The notes under the pieces were generated by a model. That model did no database searches, was not told where the DNA came from, and saw only the letters and a program-made list of their open reading frames with translations. A DNA stretch of 64,000 bases from an uncultured Planctomycetia bacterium (lineage in GTDB: Bacteria; Omnitrophota; Gorgyraeia; 2-01-FULL-45-10). The stretch lies in contig CAYGRZ010000001.1 in NCBI GenBank assembly GCA_964352425.1, positions 672 to 64,671 of the forward strand, given 5' to 3'. The position numbers and the translations under genes were made by a program. Of the stretch, positions 19,487 through 31,809 are shown one piece after another. Positions within the stretch are counted from its first letter, which is position 1. Every line of letters begins with the position of its first letter.

Positions 19487-20719
19487 ATGAGTAAAGGCAT
19501 ACTGGTGCAGAAGTACGGCGGCACGAGCGTCGCCGACGTGGACAGGATAAAGAACGTGGCCCGGCGCGTCCTGAGGGCCAGGAATGAGGGTTACGATGTG
19601 GTCGTCGTCGTATCCGCGCTCGGCGATACGACAGATAACCTTATTAGCCTGGCGCTCCAGGTGACCAACAGTCCGGCCGAACGAGAACTCGATATGCTCA
19701 TCTCGACCGGCGAGCAGGTCTCCTGCGCGCTGCTGGCGATGGCGATACACGAGCTGGGCCAGGACGCGATATCGTGCACCGGCGCGCAGGTCGGGATCAA
19801 AACGGACGATTCATTCACCAAGGCTCGTATAATCGACATCAATGCGAAGCGTATCGTCGAGGAGCTCAGGAAGAAGCGCATAGTCATTGTTGCCGGATTT
19901 CAGGGCGTCAACATGAACCAGGATATCACGACGCTGGGCCGAGGCGGCTCGAATCTTACCGCTGTAGCGCTCGCTAAGGTCCTGGGAGCGGTGTCGTGCG
20001 AGATGAATACCGACGTCGAAGGAGTATTTACGACGGATCCGAAGATCGCCAAAGACGCGCGCAAGATCGACAGGCTGAGCTACGAAGAGATGTTCGAGCT
20101 CGCCAGCCTCGGCGCCCAGGTGCTGCAGCCCAGGTCTATAGAGTTCGCGATGAAGTTCGGGGTACCGATACACGTCAGGTCGAGTTTCTCCAATAAAACG
20201 GGCACGATAATTTCCAAGGAGGTCAGGGCGATGGAAGATATAGTCGTTTCGGGCGTGGCGCTGACAAAGAACGAGGCGAAGGTGACGATATGCGATGTGC
20301 CTGACAGGCCGGGCATCGCGGCGAAGATATTCAAAGAGCTGGCGAAGCAGGACATAAATGTCGATATGATAGTCCAGAACGTATCGAGGACAGGTGCGAC
20401 AGACATGTCGTTCACCGTACCGGCGAACGATCTGAATAAGACGATCAAGGTCGCCAGGGGCATCTCGGGCAGTATCAGGGCGGGGGGCATCATCTTCGAC
20501 AAGGACATAGCAAAAGTCTCGATAGTCGGCATAGGGATGAAGAGCCATTCCGGCGTCGCCGCGAAGATGTTCGAGGCGCTTGCCGAGAACCGGATAAATA
20601 TAGAGATGATATCGACAAGCGAGATCAAGATATCGTGCGTCGTCGCCAGGAAGCGCGGTGAAGATGCCGTTCGGGCGATACACTCGAAATTCGGACTCGG
20701 CAAAAAGAGGAGCTTATGA
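19487..20719 (+). CDS. lysC: Aspartate kinase (monofunctional, two ACT domains)
   Basis: 410 aa; KYGGTSV...VVVVSA kinase motifs; C-terminal tandem ACT. Confidence 0.95.
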   Translation: MSKGILVQKYGGTSVADVDRIKNVARRVLRARNEGYDVVVVVSALGDTTDNLISLALQVTNSPAERELDMLISTGEQVSCALLAMAIHELGQDAISCTGAQVGIKTDDSFTKARIIDINAKRIVEELRKKRIVIVAGFQGVNMNQDITTLGRGGSNLTAVALAKVLGAVSCEMNTDVEGVFTTDPKIAKDARKIDRLSYEEMFELASLGAQVLQPRSIEFAMKFGVPIHVRSSFSNKTGTIISKEVRAMEDIVVSGVALTKNEAKVTICDVPDRPGIAAKIFKELAKQDINVDMIVQNVSRTGATDMSFTVPANDLNKTIKVARGISGSIRAGGIIFDKDIAKVSIVGIGMKSHSGVAAKMFEALAENRINIEMISTSEIKISCVVARKRGEDAVRAIHSKFGLGKKRSL

Positions 20720-22284
20720 GCAGGATAGAGCTGTATGATACCACGCTGCGGGACGGCGCGCAGACGGAGGGCATCTCGTTCACGGTCGCGGACAAGCTGA
20801 GGATCTGCGAGAAGCTTGACGAACTCGGGATCAGCTTCATCGAAGGCGGCTGGCCCGGCGCCAATCCGAAGGACATGGACTTCTTCAAAAAAGCTAAAGG
20901 TTTGCGCCTGAAGAACGCGCAGGTCGTGGCCTTCGGCAGCACGCGCCACGCCGGAACGAAGGCAGCCTCCGATAAGGTCCTGAAAGGCCTGCTTGCCGCC
21001 GGCACTAAGTACATAACCATATTCGGGAAGAGTTGGGACCTGCACGTGCGCGATGTCCTGAAGGTGGACCTTGCGGAAAATATCCGGATGATCGAGGACA
21101 GCGTCGCATTCCTGAGGTCAAGGGGTAGGTCGGTCATATTTGATGCCGAGCACTTCTTCGACGGATTCAACGCTAACAGGGAATATGCGTTACAATGCAT
21201 CAAAGCAGCCGAGGCTGCCGGTGCAGAGCGTATCGTCTTATGCGATACGAACGGCGGGACGGTGACATCGAGAGTGTTTGAGGTCGTCGAAGAGGTCAAG
21301 GCCGCCATGAAGACGCCCCTTGGCATACACGCGCACAACGATTCGGAGATGGCGGTCGCCAACTCTGTAGCCGCGGTACAGGCAGGCTGCATCCACGCGC
21401 AGGGCACGATCAACGGTTACGGCGAGCGATGCGGCAACGCCAACCTGATATCGATAGCGGCAAACCTGAAGCTCAAGCTCGGCATCGACTGTATCTCCGA
21501 CCTGCAGATGAGAGAACTGACCGAGGTCGCCAGGTTCGTGGCCGAGGTTTGCAACATGAGACTGAATGACAACCAGCCGTTCGTCGGGAACAGCGCGTTT
21601 GCCCATAAGGCGGGCGTCCATGTGAACGCAATCCTGAAGAACAGCGCGACCTATGAGCATGTCGATCCCCACGCGGTGGGAAACCGCAGGCGGCTGCTCA
21701 TCTCCGAGCTTGCGGGAAAATCGACCATCCTTAAGAAGGCAGAAGAGATAGATGTTGATCTCGGAAGTGACGCCGCGAAGTCCAGAAAGATATTGAAGAC
21801 CCTGCAGGAGCTGGAGCATAAGGGGTACCATTTCGAGGTGGCTGAGGCATCGCTGGAGCTTCTTATAAAGCGGATCATGAAGAAGTTCAAAGACTTCTTC
21901 GAGCTCGAGGATTTCAGGGTGATCATCGAGAAGAAGAAGGGCGGCAGGATGTCGTCCGAGGCAACTATCAAGCTCAAGGTCGGCAAAGAGATCGAACACA
22001 CCGCGTCGCTTGGCGACGGTCCGGTCAATGCCCTCGACAGCGCCCTCAGGAAAGCGCTTAAGAAGTTCTATCCCAGGATCGCCGAGATGCACCTGACAGA
22101 TTACAAGGTCCGCGTGCTGGACGAGAAGGAAGGCACGGCTGCCCGCGTGCGCGTCCTCATCCAGTCGCAGGATACGGATGCATCATGGTGGACGATGGGC
22201 GTATCGGAGAACATCATCGACGCATCGTGGCAGGCGCTCGTCGATTCGGTTGAATATAAGCTGTTGAAAGATTCGAAGAAATAG
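20716..22284 (+). CDS. cimA: (R)-citramalate synthase / 2-isopropylmalate synthase family
   Basis: 522 aa; ELYDTTLRDGAQ, GWPGANPKD, HAHND motifs; C-terminal LeuA-dimer regulatory domain; the CimA-like subfamily pattern favours citramalate synthase. Confidence 0.8.
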   Translation: MSRIELYDTTLRDGAQTEGISFTVADKLRICEKLDELGISFIEGGWPGANPKDMDFFKKAKGLRLKNAQVVAFGSTRHAGTKAASDKVLKGLLAAGTKYITIFGKSWDLHVRDVLKVDLAENIRMIEDSVAFLRSRGRSVIFDAEHFFDGFNANREYALQCIKAAEAAGAERIVLCDTNGGTVTSRVFEVVEEVKAAMKTPLGIHAHNDSEMAVANSVAAVQAGCIHAQGTINGYGERCGNANLISIAANLKLKLGIDCISDLQMRELTEVARFVAEVCNMRLNDNQPFVGNSAFAHKAGVHVNAILKNSATYEHVDPHAVGNRRRLLISELAGKSTILKKAEEIDVDLGSDAAKSRKILKTLQELEHKGYHFEVAEASLELLIKRIMKKFKDFFELEDFRVIIEKKKGGRMSSEATIKLKVGKEIEHTASLGDGPVNALDSALRKALKKFYPRIAEMHLTDYKVRVLDEKEGTAARVRVLIQSQDTDASWWTMGVSENIIDASWQALVDSVEYKLLKDSKK

Positions 22285-22300
22285 CGCGGGGGTCGACGGT

Positions 22301-22729
22301 ATGATTAAGAGCGTAACGCTTGGTGAAGAGCTGGTGATCTCGGCAAACAATAAGGTCGGATTACTGGCGGATATCGCGTCGATGCTGGCGAGCCGCGGCA
22401 TCAATATCGAATCGGCGCTCGGCTATGAGTCGGGCAGGACCGCAAAGCTCATGCTGGTGACCAGCGCCAACCTCGCTATCGTCAATGAACTCAAGAAAAA
22501 GAAGTACAAGTCCGTCAAGGAGACCGAAGTCGTGATGGTGGAGCTTCTGGACAGGCCGGGAGCCATGAAGGTAGTCACCACCGAGCTCAAAAAGGCCCGG
22601 ATCGATATCAAGTATCTCTATATCACATCGCCGTCGGTGAGGCAGGGCTCATCGAGAATGGTCATATCCACGAGCGATAACGAGGCCGCGATGGCGCTTC
22701 TGGCGAAGTTTACGGAATCGGGCGACTGA
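22301..22729 (+). CDS. Tandem ACT-domain small regulatory protein (paralog of 40966-41379)
   Basis: 142 aa; two ACT-like beta-alpha-beta-beta-alpha-beta units; alignable end-to-end with the 40966 protein. Confidence 0.7.
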   Translation: MIKSVTLGEELVISANNKVGLLADIASMLASRGINIESALGYESGRTAKLMLVTSANLAIVNELKKKKYKSVKETEVVMVELLDRPGAMKVVTTELKKARIDIKYLYITSPSVRQGSSRMVISTSDNEAAMALLAKFTESGD

Positions 22730-22739
22730 CAGGGACCGG

Positions 22740-22782
22740 CGCACCTTCTTTGAAGGGAGCGGGGTAAACGGAAGAAGGTGCG
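22740..22782 (+). promoter_or_regulatory. 10-bp stem hairpin (gcaccttctt...aagaaggtgc) whose 3' arm overlaps the SD of the downstream cupin gene
   Basis: Perfect 10-bp inverted repeat with a 21-nt loop ending 2 nt before the ATG at 22785; no T-tract, so not a terminator. Confidence 0.3.
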
Positions 22783-22784
22783 GG

Positions 22785-23054
22785 ATGAAGATTGCGATTG
22801 AGAAGCTGGACATGAAGGAACTCGAAAAGCGCGGCGTATTTTCGTGGCCCATCTGGGAGAAGGAAGTTTCGAAATTCGACTGGCACTATGATTCGTCCGA
22901 GCAGTGCTATTTCCTCGATGGCAACGTCACCGTCGAAACGAAAGACGGCGGGTCGGTGAGTTTCGGCAAAGGCGATTTCGTCACATTCCCGGTCGGGCTG
23001 ACCTGCGTGTGGCATGTGAAAGAGCCGGTAAAGAAACACTACAAGTTCACCTAA
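22785..23054 (+). CDS. Small single-domain cupin protein (EutQ/DUF861-like)
   Basis: 89 aa; conserved W, H and G positions of minimal cupins (WHYDSSEQCYFLDGNVTV...GDFVTFPVG). Confidence 0.6.
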   Translation: MKIAIEKLDMKELEKRGVFSWPIWEKEVSKFDWHYDSSEQCYFLDGNVTVETKDGGSVSFGKGDFVTFPVGLTCVWHVKEPVKKHYKFT

Positions 23055-23058
23055 GATA

Positions 23059-25722
23059 ATGACGGAATTGCCTAAAGCGTACGATCCTCACGATGTAGAG
23101 GACAGGATCTATAAGACATGGGAAGAAAACGGGTATTTTCACGCCGATCCGGATCCCGCTAAGAAGCCGTATTCGATAGTCATCCCGCCCCCCAATATCA
23201 CCGGCATCCTGCATATGGGCCATGCCCTCAATAACACGATACAGGATATCCTTATCCGCTTCAAGCGTATGCAAGGTTTCCGGGCGGAGTGGATGCCGGG
23301 GACCGACCATGCCGGCATCGCCACGCAGAACGTCGTCGAGAGGAAGCTTGCCAAGGACGGGATCAAGCGTCAGGAGCTGGGCCGGGAGAAGTTCGTCGAA
23401 GAGGTATGGAAGTGGCGCGAGGAATACGGCTCGACGATCATCCGCCAGCTAAAGTCGCTCGGCTGCTCCTGCGACTGGGAGCGGACCCGCTTCACGATGG
23501 ATGAGGGCCTGTCCGATGCGGTGATCGAGGTATTCATCCGGCTCTATGAGAAGGGCCTCATCTACAGGGGCAATTACATAATCAACTGGTGCCCGCGGTG
23601 CCAGACCGCGCTCTCCGATGAGGAGTCGCAGCATAAAGACGTCGACGGCATGCTGTATTATGTCAAATATCCCGTCAAGGGCTCGACGAAGCAGAAGGAG
23701 GAGCATGTCACGATAGCGACGACGCGTCCGGAGACGATGCTCGGTGACGTTGCGATCGCGGTGAACCCGAAGGATAAGAGGTATAAGGGCCTCAAGGACA
23801 GGGTGGTCATCCTGCCGATTATGAACCGCGAGCTGAGGGTCGTGTTTGACACGCTTGTCGACATGAAGTTCGGCACCGGCGCGCTCAAAGTCACGCCCGC
23901 GCACGACCCGGTCGATTTCGAGCTCGGCCTGAAACACGGCCTCGAGCAGATCAACGTGATGAACGACGACGCTACCGTGAACGCAAACGGCGGCGAATAC
24001 GAAGGGATGGACCGTTTCGAGGCCAGGGAAGCCATCGTCGAGGCGCTGAAGGAGCGGGGGCTCTTCATCAAGTCGGAACCGCACCGCCACGCGGTCGGCC
24101 ATTGTTACCGGTGCCATACGATGGTCGAGCCGCGCCTGTCGCCGCAATGGTTCGTGAAGATGAAGCCGCTGGCGAAGCCGGCCATCGATGCCGTGAAGAG
24201 CGGTCAGATCAAGTTCTATCCCGCGCGGTGGATGAAGGTCTATCTTGACTGGATGGAGAATATCCGCGATTGGTGCATATCGCGCCAGATATGGTGGGGA
24301 CATAGGATACCCGTCTACTACTGCAAAAAGTGCGAAGAGGGAAAAAGTATTATCGTTTCGAAGGCAAGGCCGGAGAAATGCCCGAAATGCGGCTCTGCCG
24401 ATATAGAGCAGGATCCGGATGTGCTCGATACGTGGTTCTCGTCGTGGCTCTGGCCGTTCTCGACGTTCGGCTGGCCCAAGGATACGCCGGAGCTGAAATA
24501 TTTCTATCCGACAGACGCGCTCGTCACCGCGCAGGAGATCATATTCTTCTGGGTGGCGAGGATGATCATGGCCGGCCTCGAGTTTAAGGGGGACATTCCG
24601 TTCAGGCATGTCTACATACACGGTACGGTCCGCGACATCACCGGCACGAAGATGTCGAAGTCGCTCGGCAACGTCATCGACCCGCTCGACATGATACAGA
24701 AGTACGGTACCGACGCGCTCCGCTTCAGCATCATATCGATAACGTCGCAGGGGCAGGACGTCTTCCTGTCCGAGTCGAAGTTCGAGCTCGGCAGGAACTT
24801 CGCGAATAAGATCTGGAACGCTTCGCGGTTCATACTTTCAAACCTGAAATCCGAAGAGGTCAATACCGATCTCTGCGTTTTCTTTAAGGGTGCCAGCCTG
24901 ACACTCCCGGAGAGGTGGGTACTCTCCCGGTTCTATTCGACGCTTCATTACGTCGGCGAATGCCTCGACCAGTACAGGTTTAACGAGGCTGCCAACGCTA
25001 TATATGAATTCATATGGCATGAGTTCTGTGACTGGTACATTGAGACGGCAAAGACGACGATAGGCCGGGCGGCCTCGCAGGTGATACTCTATAAAGTCCT
25101 GGAGAAGTCGCTGCGCATGCTTCACCCGTTCATGCCCTTTATTACCGAAGAGATATGGCAGAAGCTGCCGCGGTCGAAAGACGTGGCGGCTGAGTCGATT
25201 ATGCTCACGTCCTGGCCGCACATACAGAAAGAGATGATATCCAAAAAGTGTGAAACCCAGATGCAGGAGATCATACAGCTCGTCACCGCCGTACGGAATA
25301 TCAGGGCGGTGTGGAATATAGACCTGAGGACGGATCTGAATGTCATCATCAATGTCAGGGACGGAGCGCTCGGGAAGCTGATAGGCGACAATATTGATTT
25401 TGTGAAACGGATGGCAAGGATATTGGGCCTTAAGATCGGCACACACCCGAAGCCGAAGGGCGCGGCGGTCAGCATCATCGGCGCCATGGAGGTATACGTG
25501 CCGCTCGAAGGGCTGATAGATTTCCAGAAAGAGAAGGCTCGGCTCGAGAAGGAGATGGACAGGATGGCCCAGGAGATGAAGGCCCTCACAGGCCGCCTCA
25601 AAGACAAGCATTTCCTGTCCAAGGCGCCTGAAGAGGTAGTCGAGAAGCAGCGCCAGCGCAAGACGGAGCTGGCACTACAGATGGAGAAGTTGAAAGCCAA
25701 CCTGAAAGAGATAGTTGCATAA
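23059..25722 (+). CDS. valS: Valine--tRNA ligase
   Basis: 887 aa; HMGH and KMSKS motifs; editing domain; C-terminal coiled coil. Confidence 0.95.
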   Translation: MTELPKAYDPHDVEDRIYKTWEENGYFHADPDPAKKPYSIVIPPPNITGILHMGHALNNTIQDILIRFKRMQGFRAEWMPGTDHAGIATQNVVERKLAKDGIKRQELGREKFVEEVWKWREEYGSTIIRQLKSLGCSCDWERTRFTMDEGLSDAVIEVFIRLYEKGLIYRGNYIINWCPRCQTALSDEESQHKDVDGMLYYVKYPVKGSTKQKEEHVTIATTRPETMLGDVAIAVNPKDKRYKGLKDRVVILPIMNRELRVVFDTLVDMKFGTGALKVTPAHDPVDFELGLKHGLEQINVMNDDATVNANGGEYEGMDRFEAREAIVEALKERGLFIKSEPHRHAVGHCYRCHTMVEPRLSPQWFVKMKPLAKPAIDAVKSGQIKFYPARWMKVYLDWMENIRDWCISRQIWWGHRIPVYYCKKCEEGKSIIVSKARPEKCPKCGSADIEQDPDVLDTWFSSWLWPFSTFGWPKDTPELKYFYPTDALVTAQEIIFFWVARMIMAGLEFKGDIPFRHVYIHGTVRDITGTKMSKSLGNVIDPLDMIQKYGTDALRFSIISITSQGQDVFLSESKFELGRNFANKIWNASRFILSNLKSEEVNTDLCVFFKGASLTLPERWVLSRFYSTLHYVGECLDQYRFNEAANAIYEFIWHEFCDWYIETAKTTIGRAASQVILYKVLEKSLRMLHPFMPFITEEIWQKLPRSKDVAAESIMLTSWPHIQKEMISKKCETQMQEIIQLVTAVRNIRAVWNIDLRTDLNVIINVRDGALGKLIGDNIDFVKRMARILGLKIGTHPKPKGAAVSIIGAMEVYVPLEGLIDFQKEKARLEKEMDRMAQEMKALTGRLKDKHFLSKAPEEVVEKQRQRKTELALQMEKLKANLKEIVA

Positions 25723-25736
25723 CCGGGGAGGGTACA

Positions 25737-26024
25737 ATGGTGAAGTGTTTATTGTCAGTGATCGTTTTGGCGGGCTTTATTTTCACGGGCGCGTATGCCG
25801 CTGATGACCAGAAGGCGCAATGCGCGACAGTGGCCACCCGTTCCGATGACCAATCAGGCATACTGGGTTTCAATCCGTTTAAGGCCCGCCAGGCAAGGGG
25901 GCTGGGTGATGACGAAGGCGGCGGCGCCGACAGGATGGGTGTCATGTCACCGGGGCAGTCATACGACGGGAATACCGGAATGCCGAATGTAGTCTCAAGC
26001 GACAGCTCGGACCAGGTCTGGTAG
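25737..26024 (+). CDS. Small secreted Gly/Asp/Ser-rich hypothetical protein
   Basis: 95 aa; N-terminal signal peptide (LLSVIVLAGFIFTGAYA); low-complexity mature part; good SD. Confidence 0.5.
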   Translation: MVKCLLSVIVLAGFIFTGAYAADDQKAQCATVATRSDDQSGILGFNPFKARQARGLGDDEGGGADRMGVMSPGQSYDGNTGMPNVVSSDSSDQVW

Positions 26025-26028
26025 GCTC

Positions 26029-26901
26029 ATGCGGCTGGATAAGGAACGGGTGCTCCCGATCATCAAGGCGGCGCTGAAAGAGGATATCGGCAAAGGCGAC
26101 GTGACGACGCAGGCGCTTGTCGAGAAGACGGCAAGCACGAACGCGGCGATCGCTACCAGGGAAGAGTGCGTCGTCTGCGGGCTCGAGATCGCCGAATGGA
26201 CAATGGCCCAGATCGATTTCAGCGTGCGCTTCAAGCCCAATTGCAGGGACGGCGCGTCTGTCGGGAGCGGCATGGAGATCGCGTTCCTTGAAGGCCATAC
26301 GGCATCCATATTGAGGGCGGAGCGCACGATGCTCAATTTCATCGCGCTGCTGAGCGGTATCGCGACCAGGACGAAAGAGTTCGCGGACAAGGTCAAGCCG
26401 TACGGCGTGAAGATCATGGACACGCGCAAGACTCTGCCGCTCTTGCGCTATCTCGAGAAGTACGCGGTCGCGACCGGCGGGGGCACGAACCACCGGATGG
26501 GGCTGTATGACCAGGTGCTGATAAAGGATAACCATATTAAGGGCCAAGGGCTAAGAGCTAAGGGCGAAGGAAAAGGGCTTCTACAGGAAATGGTCGAGGC
26601 GGCAAGAAAGAGGACTCAGAAAGGCACCGTCATAGAGATCGAGGTCGAGAGCCTTGAGGAGTTCAATGACGCGCTTTCAGGCAAGCCCGATATCATCATG
26701 CTTGATAATATGACCCCGAACCTCATCAGGGCCTGCGTCGAGATACGGAAGCTCGCCAAGGCCAAGCCGCTCCTCGAAGCATCGGGCGGCATCACGCTGG
26801 ACAATGTTGAGGCCTACGCCAGGACCGGCGTCGATATGATGTCTGTCGGGTCGCTGACGGGGTCTGTCAGTGCGATCGATATGTCTCTGGACATAGCCTG
26901 A
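26029..26901 (+). CDS. nadC: Nicotinate-nucleotide pyrophosphorylase (quinolinate phosphoribosyltransferase)
   Basis: 290 aa; NadC family, DNHI motif region. Confidence 0.9.
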   Translation: MRLDKERVLPIIKAALKEDIGKGDVTTQALVEKTASTNAAIATREECVVCGLEIAEWTMAQIDFSVRFKPNCRDGASVGSGMEIAFLEGHTASILRAERTMLNFIALLSGIATRTKEFADKVKPYGVKIMDTRKTLPLLRYLEKYAVATGGGTNHRMGLYDQVLIKDNHIKGQGLRAKGEGKGLLQEMVEAARKRTQKGTVIEIEVESLEEFNDALSGKPDIIMLDNMTPNLIRACVEIRKLAKAKPLLEASGGITLDNVEAYARTGVDMMSVGSLTGSVSAIDMSLDIA

Positions 26902-26902
26902 T

Positions 26903-28882
<1,980 letters not shown>

Positions 28883-28904
28883 GGCTAAAGGCCGGGAGTA
28901 GTAT

Positions 28905-29882
28905 ATGTTGGATGAGAAGATCCTGGACATCTTAAGGAGCAGCGGGCAGTCGCACGTCTCGGGAGAAGACCTGTGCAAGCTCGCCGGCATCTCGAGGGCA
29001 GCCATATGGAAGCACATGGAGAAGCTCAGGGAAGAGGGGTACAACATAGAGGCGTCGCCGCATCTCGGATACCGGCTCATCAGCATACCCGACAGGCTTA
29101 TCCCGGGAGAGGTCAAATCGGGCTTAAAGACCCGGATACTCGGCAAAGAGGTGATCTCATACAGGAAGGTCGATTCGACGAACGACGTCGCATACAGCCT
29201 TGCGGAGAAGGCCCTGAAGGAAGGCGCGGTTATATTCGCCGATGAGCAGGCCAGGGGCAAGGGCAGGCAGGGCAGGACCTGGTCATCGCCGCCAAGAGGC
29301 GGTATCTACATGTCCTGCATACTGAGGCCCGCGATGGCGCCGGCCGAGATATCGAAGATAACGCTCGTCGCGGCCGTCGCGGTGGCGAAGGCGATACGGA
29401 TGGTCACCGGCCTCGACGCCAGGATAAAGTGGCCGAACGATATTTTAATAGGCCAGAACAAGGTATGCGGCATCCTGACCGAGATGAAGGCCGAGCAGGA
29501 CAGAATCGCCTTCATAATCCTCGGCATAGGCATCAACGTAAACACGGCCGCAAAGAGCCTGCCGAAAGGCGCCACGTCGCTGAAGCTGGAATCGAAAGGC
29601 TCCGGCAAGGGCGAGGATATATCGCGCGTTGAGCTTGCGCGCAAGGTGCTCGAAGAGCTTGATGAATACTACGATATCCTGATGAGGAAGGGCTTCAAGC
29701 CCGTCATAGACGAGTGGAAGGAACTCTCGGCGATGCTCGGCTCGAGGATCAAGGTCGTGCTGCCGGCACGAGCGTTTGAAGGCACGGCGCATAACGTTGA
29801 CCCTGACGGCAGCCTGGTGGTCAGGCTCGATTCAGGCGTGTTGCAGAAAGTCCAATCCGGTGATATAGTGATGGTGCGATGA
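28905..29882 (+). CDS. birA: Bifunctional biotin--[acetyl-CoA-carboxylase] ligase / biotin operon repressor
   Basis: 325 aa; N-terminal HTH; central BPL domain GRGRQGRTW; C-terminal SH3-like domain. Confidence 0.9.
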   Translation: MLDEKILDILRSSGQSHVSGEDLCKLAGISRAAIWKHMEKLREEGYNIEASPHLGYRLISIPDRLIPGEVKSGLKTRILGKEVISYRKVDSTNDVAYSLAEKALKEGAVIFADEQARGKGRQGRTWSSPPRGGIYMSCILRPAMAPAEISKITLVAAVAVAKAIRMVTGLDARIKWPNDILIGQNKVCGILTEMKAEQDRIAFIILGIGINVNTAAKSLPKGATSLKLESKGSGKGEDISRVELARKVLEELDEYYDILMRKGFKPVIDEWKELSAMLGSRIKVVLPARAFEGTAHNVDPDGSLVVRLDSGVLQKVQSGDIVMVR

Positions 29883-30637
29883 AGAACCTTCTGGCGCTTG
29901 ATATCGGAAATACGAATATAACGGCCGGTATTTTTACGGAACGTACATTGGCCGCCAAGGGCAAGACACCGACGCATCGCAGCAGCCTCTACGGACGTTT
30001 CCTGAGGAAGCTTTGCAGGCGAGCGGGCCTCGGGGCCGAAGATATCAATGGTGTGATCATCGCCAGCGTCGTGCCGCTGGCGCTCTCGCGCGTTTGTGTG
30101 GAGCTCGGCAGGACATTCGGGTGCGCCATCCGGATCACCGGCAGGGACGCCATCGTCCCGATCAGGAACCGGTACAGGGTCAGGGCCGAGGTCGGCCAGG
30201 ACAGGCTCGTCAACGCATATGCCGCGATGAAACTGTATGGCTCGCCGGCGGTCATAGTGGATTTAGGGACGGCGATAACGCTCGATGTCGTTTCGGCAAA
30301 GGGTGAATATCTTGGAGGCCTCATACTCCCCGGCATTGAGATGTCGCTTACCGGCCTCTTCAGGAAGACGGCGATGCTGCCGCGTGTTGAACTCAAGGCA
30401 GCAGGCCCTATCATCGGAAGGGATACCGCCGACAGCATCCGCGGCGGCATCCTGTTCGGCTTCGGCGCGATGTGCGACGGCCTTTTTGCGCAGTACCGCA
30501 CGATGCTCGGAAAAAAGACAAAGGCGATAATGACCGGCGGTAGCGCCTCCCTCATCAGCAGATACACGAAGTCGTTCCGGGCCGTGGATGAGGACCTTAC
30601 CCTGAAGGGGCTCTACCTTATTAATAGGGACGTTTAA
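29879..30637 (+). CDS. coaX: Type III pantothenate kinase
   Basis: 252 aa; LALDIGNTN ASKHA motif; 4-nt overlap with birA. Confidence 0.9.
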   Translation: MKNLLALDIGNTNITAGIFTERTLAAKGKTPTHRSSLYGRFLRKLCRRAGLGAEDINGVIIASVVPLALSRVCVELGRTFGCAIRITGRDAIVPIRNRYRVRAEVGQDRLVNAYAAMKLYGSPAVIVDLGTAITLDVVSAKGEYLGGLILPGIEMSLTGLFRKTAMLPRVELKAAGPIIGRDTADSIRGGILFGFGAMCDGLFAQYRTMLGKKTKAIMTGGSASLISRYTKSFRAVDEDLTLKGLYLINRDV

Positions 30638-30690
30638 GTCTAATAAATATGTTGTCCGAAACGCATTGTATAAAGATAGGAGATGATGCT

Positions 30691-31230
30691 ATGAAGAAAG
30701 TTGCCCTGTTGGCGATTGTCTTATTCCTGTGCGGCGCCTCTTGCGCGGTCGCCCAGACCGATATGACAGCCAAGGAGGAACGCGAGCTCGAGGAGCTTTC
30801 GAAACGGATGGTCCGCATGAAACGCGCCGTAGATAAGTTCGCAAACGAGCTTGTGTCATCTTTTCCCGACCAGGGGCGGCCCGCAGCGGGCGTTTTCGGC
30901 GGCAACGTCAGGGTGGATATCGTAGAGAACGAAAAAGATTTTGTGGTGACGGCGGACCTGCCGGGCATGGACAAGGATAAGATAGTAGTAACGCTGGAAG
31001 GTAACAGGATCCTGAAGATCTCGGGCTCGAGAGAGATGTCCAAGACGGAGTCAGGCCCCAATGTCGTGAAGCAGGAGCGGATGGCAGGCAGGTTCGAAAG
31101 AGCGCTGGAGCTTCCCGCCGAATGTAAGGGCGATGGTGTAGAGGCATCCTATAAGAACGGCGTCCTCGAAGTGATCGTGCCCAAGAAGGAACCGGTGAAG
31201 CCGGCGACGATAAAGGTCAACGTGCAGTAG
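30691..31230 (+). CDS. Hsp20/alpha-crystallin family small heat-shock protein with N-terminal signal peptide
   Basis: ATG at 30691 with SD aggagatga; MKKVALLAIVLFLCGASCAVA signal; alpha-crystallin domain (VDIVENEKDFVVTADLPGMDKDKIVV...GVLEVIVPK). Confidence 0.8.
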   Translation: MKKVALLAIVLFLCGASCAVAQTDMTAKEERELEELSKRMVRMKRAVDKFANELVSSFPDQGRPAAGVFGGNVRVDIVENEKDFVVTADLPGMDKDKIVVTLEGNRILKISGSREMSKTESGPNVVKQERMAGRFERALELPAECKGDGVEASYKNGVLEVIVPKKEPVKPATIKVNVQ

Positions 31231-31245
31231 CATAAAGAAGAAGGG

Positions 31246-31809
31246 GTGGGGAGAGTGAAAGCGTCTGAATTAAAAAGAGGAATGATCATCCGGGAAGGAG
31301 GCGAGCTTCTGGTCGTGATCGAGATGGAACACAGGACTCCCGGAAACTTACGCGCGATCTACCAGGCGACGCTGAAGAATATCTTAAGCGGCAAGGTGGT
31401 TAATAAGCGCTTCAGCCCGGGCGACTCGGTCGAAAAGGCGGATCTCGATACGAAGAAGATGCAGTATCTTTACAGCGACCATGCGGGCTTTCATTTCATG
31501 GATATGGCCAATTACGAGTCGATCACGCTGGACGCTACGCTCGTCGGAAAGACGAAGGACTTCCTGAAGGAAAACCTCGAGGTCGAGGTCCTTTATTACG
31601 AGCATAACCCCGTTGCGATAGAGGTGCCCGTGAGCGTCGGCTTGAAGATCACCGAATCCGCTCCCGGCGCCAAAGGCGACACCTCGGGCAGGGCGATGAA
31701 GCCGGCAACGCTCGAGACCGGGCTCGTCGTTAACGTGCCTCTCTTTATTGAGGAAGGCGAGACGGTCTTAGTCGATACACGAACAGGCGAATACCTTGGC
31801 AGGTCATAA
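31246..31809 (+). CDS. efp: Elongation factor P
   Basis: 187 aa; three OB/KOW-like domains; GTG start. Confidence 0.9.
   Translation: MGRVKASELKRGMIIREGGELLVVIEMEHRTPGNLRAIYQATLKNILSGKVVNKRFSPGDSVEKADLDTKKMQYLYSDHAGFHFMDMANYESITLDATLVGKTKDFLKENLEVEVLYYEHNPVAIEVPVSVGLKITESAPGAKGDTSGRAMKPATLETGLVVNVPLFIEEGETVLVDTRTGEYLGRS

Noticed and set aside
22730-23058. T-box leader upstream of valS
   Set aside because: No T-box consensus (AAnnnGGGTGGnACCGCG) or specifier-loop architecture is present. The interval is fully occupied by a well-formed 89-aa cupin ORF with its own SD.
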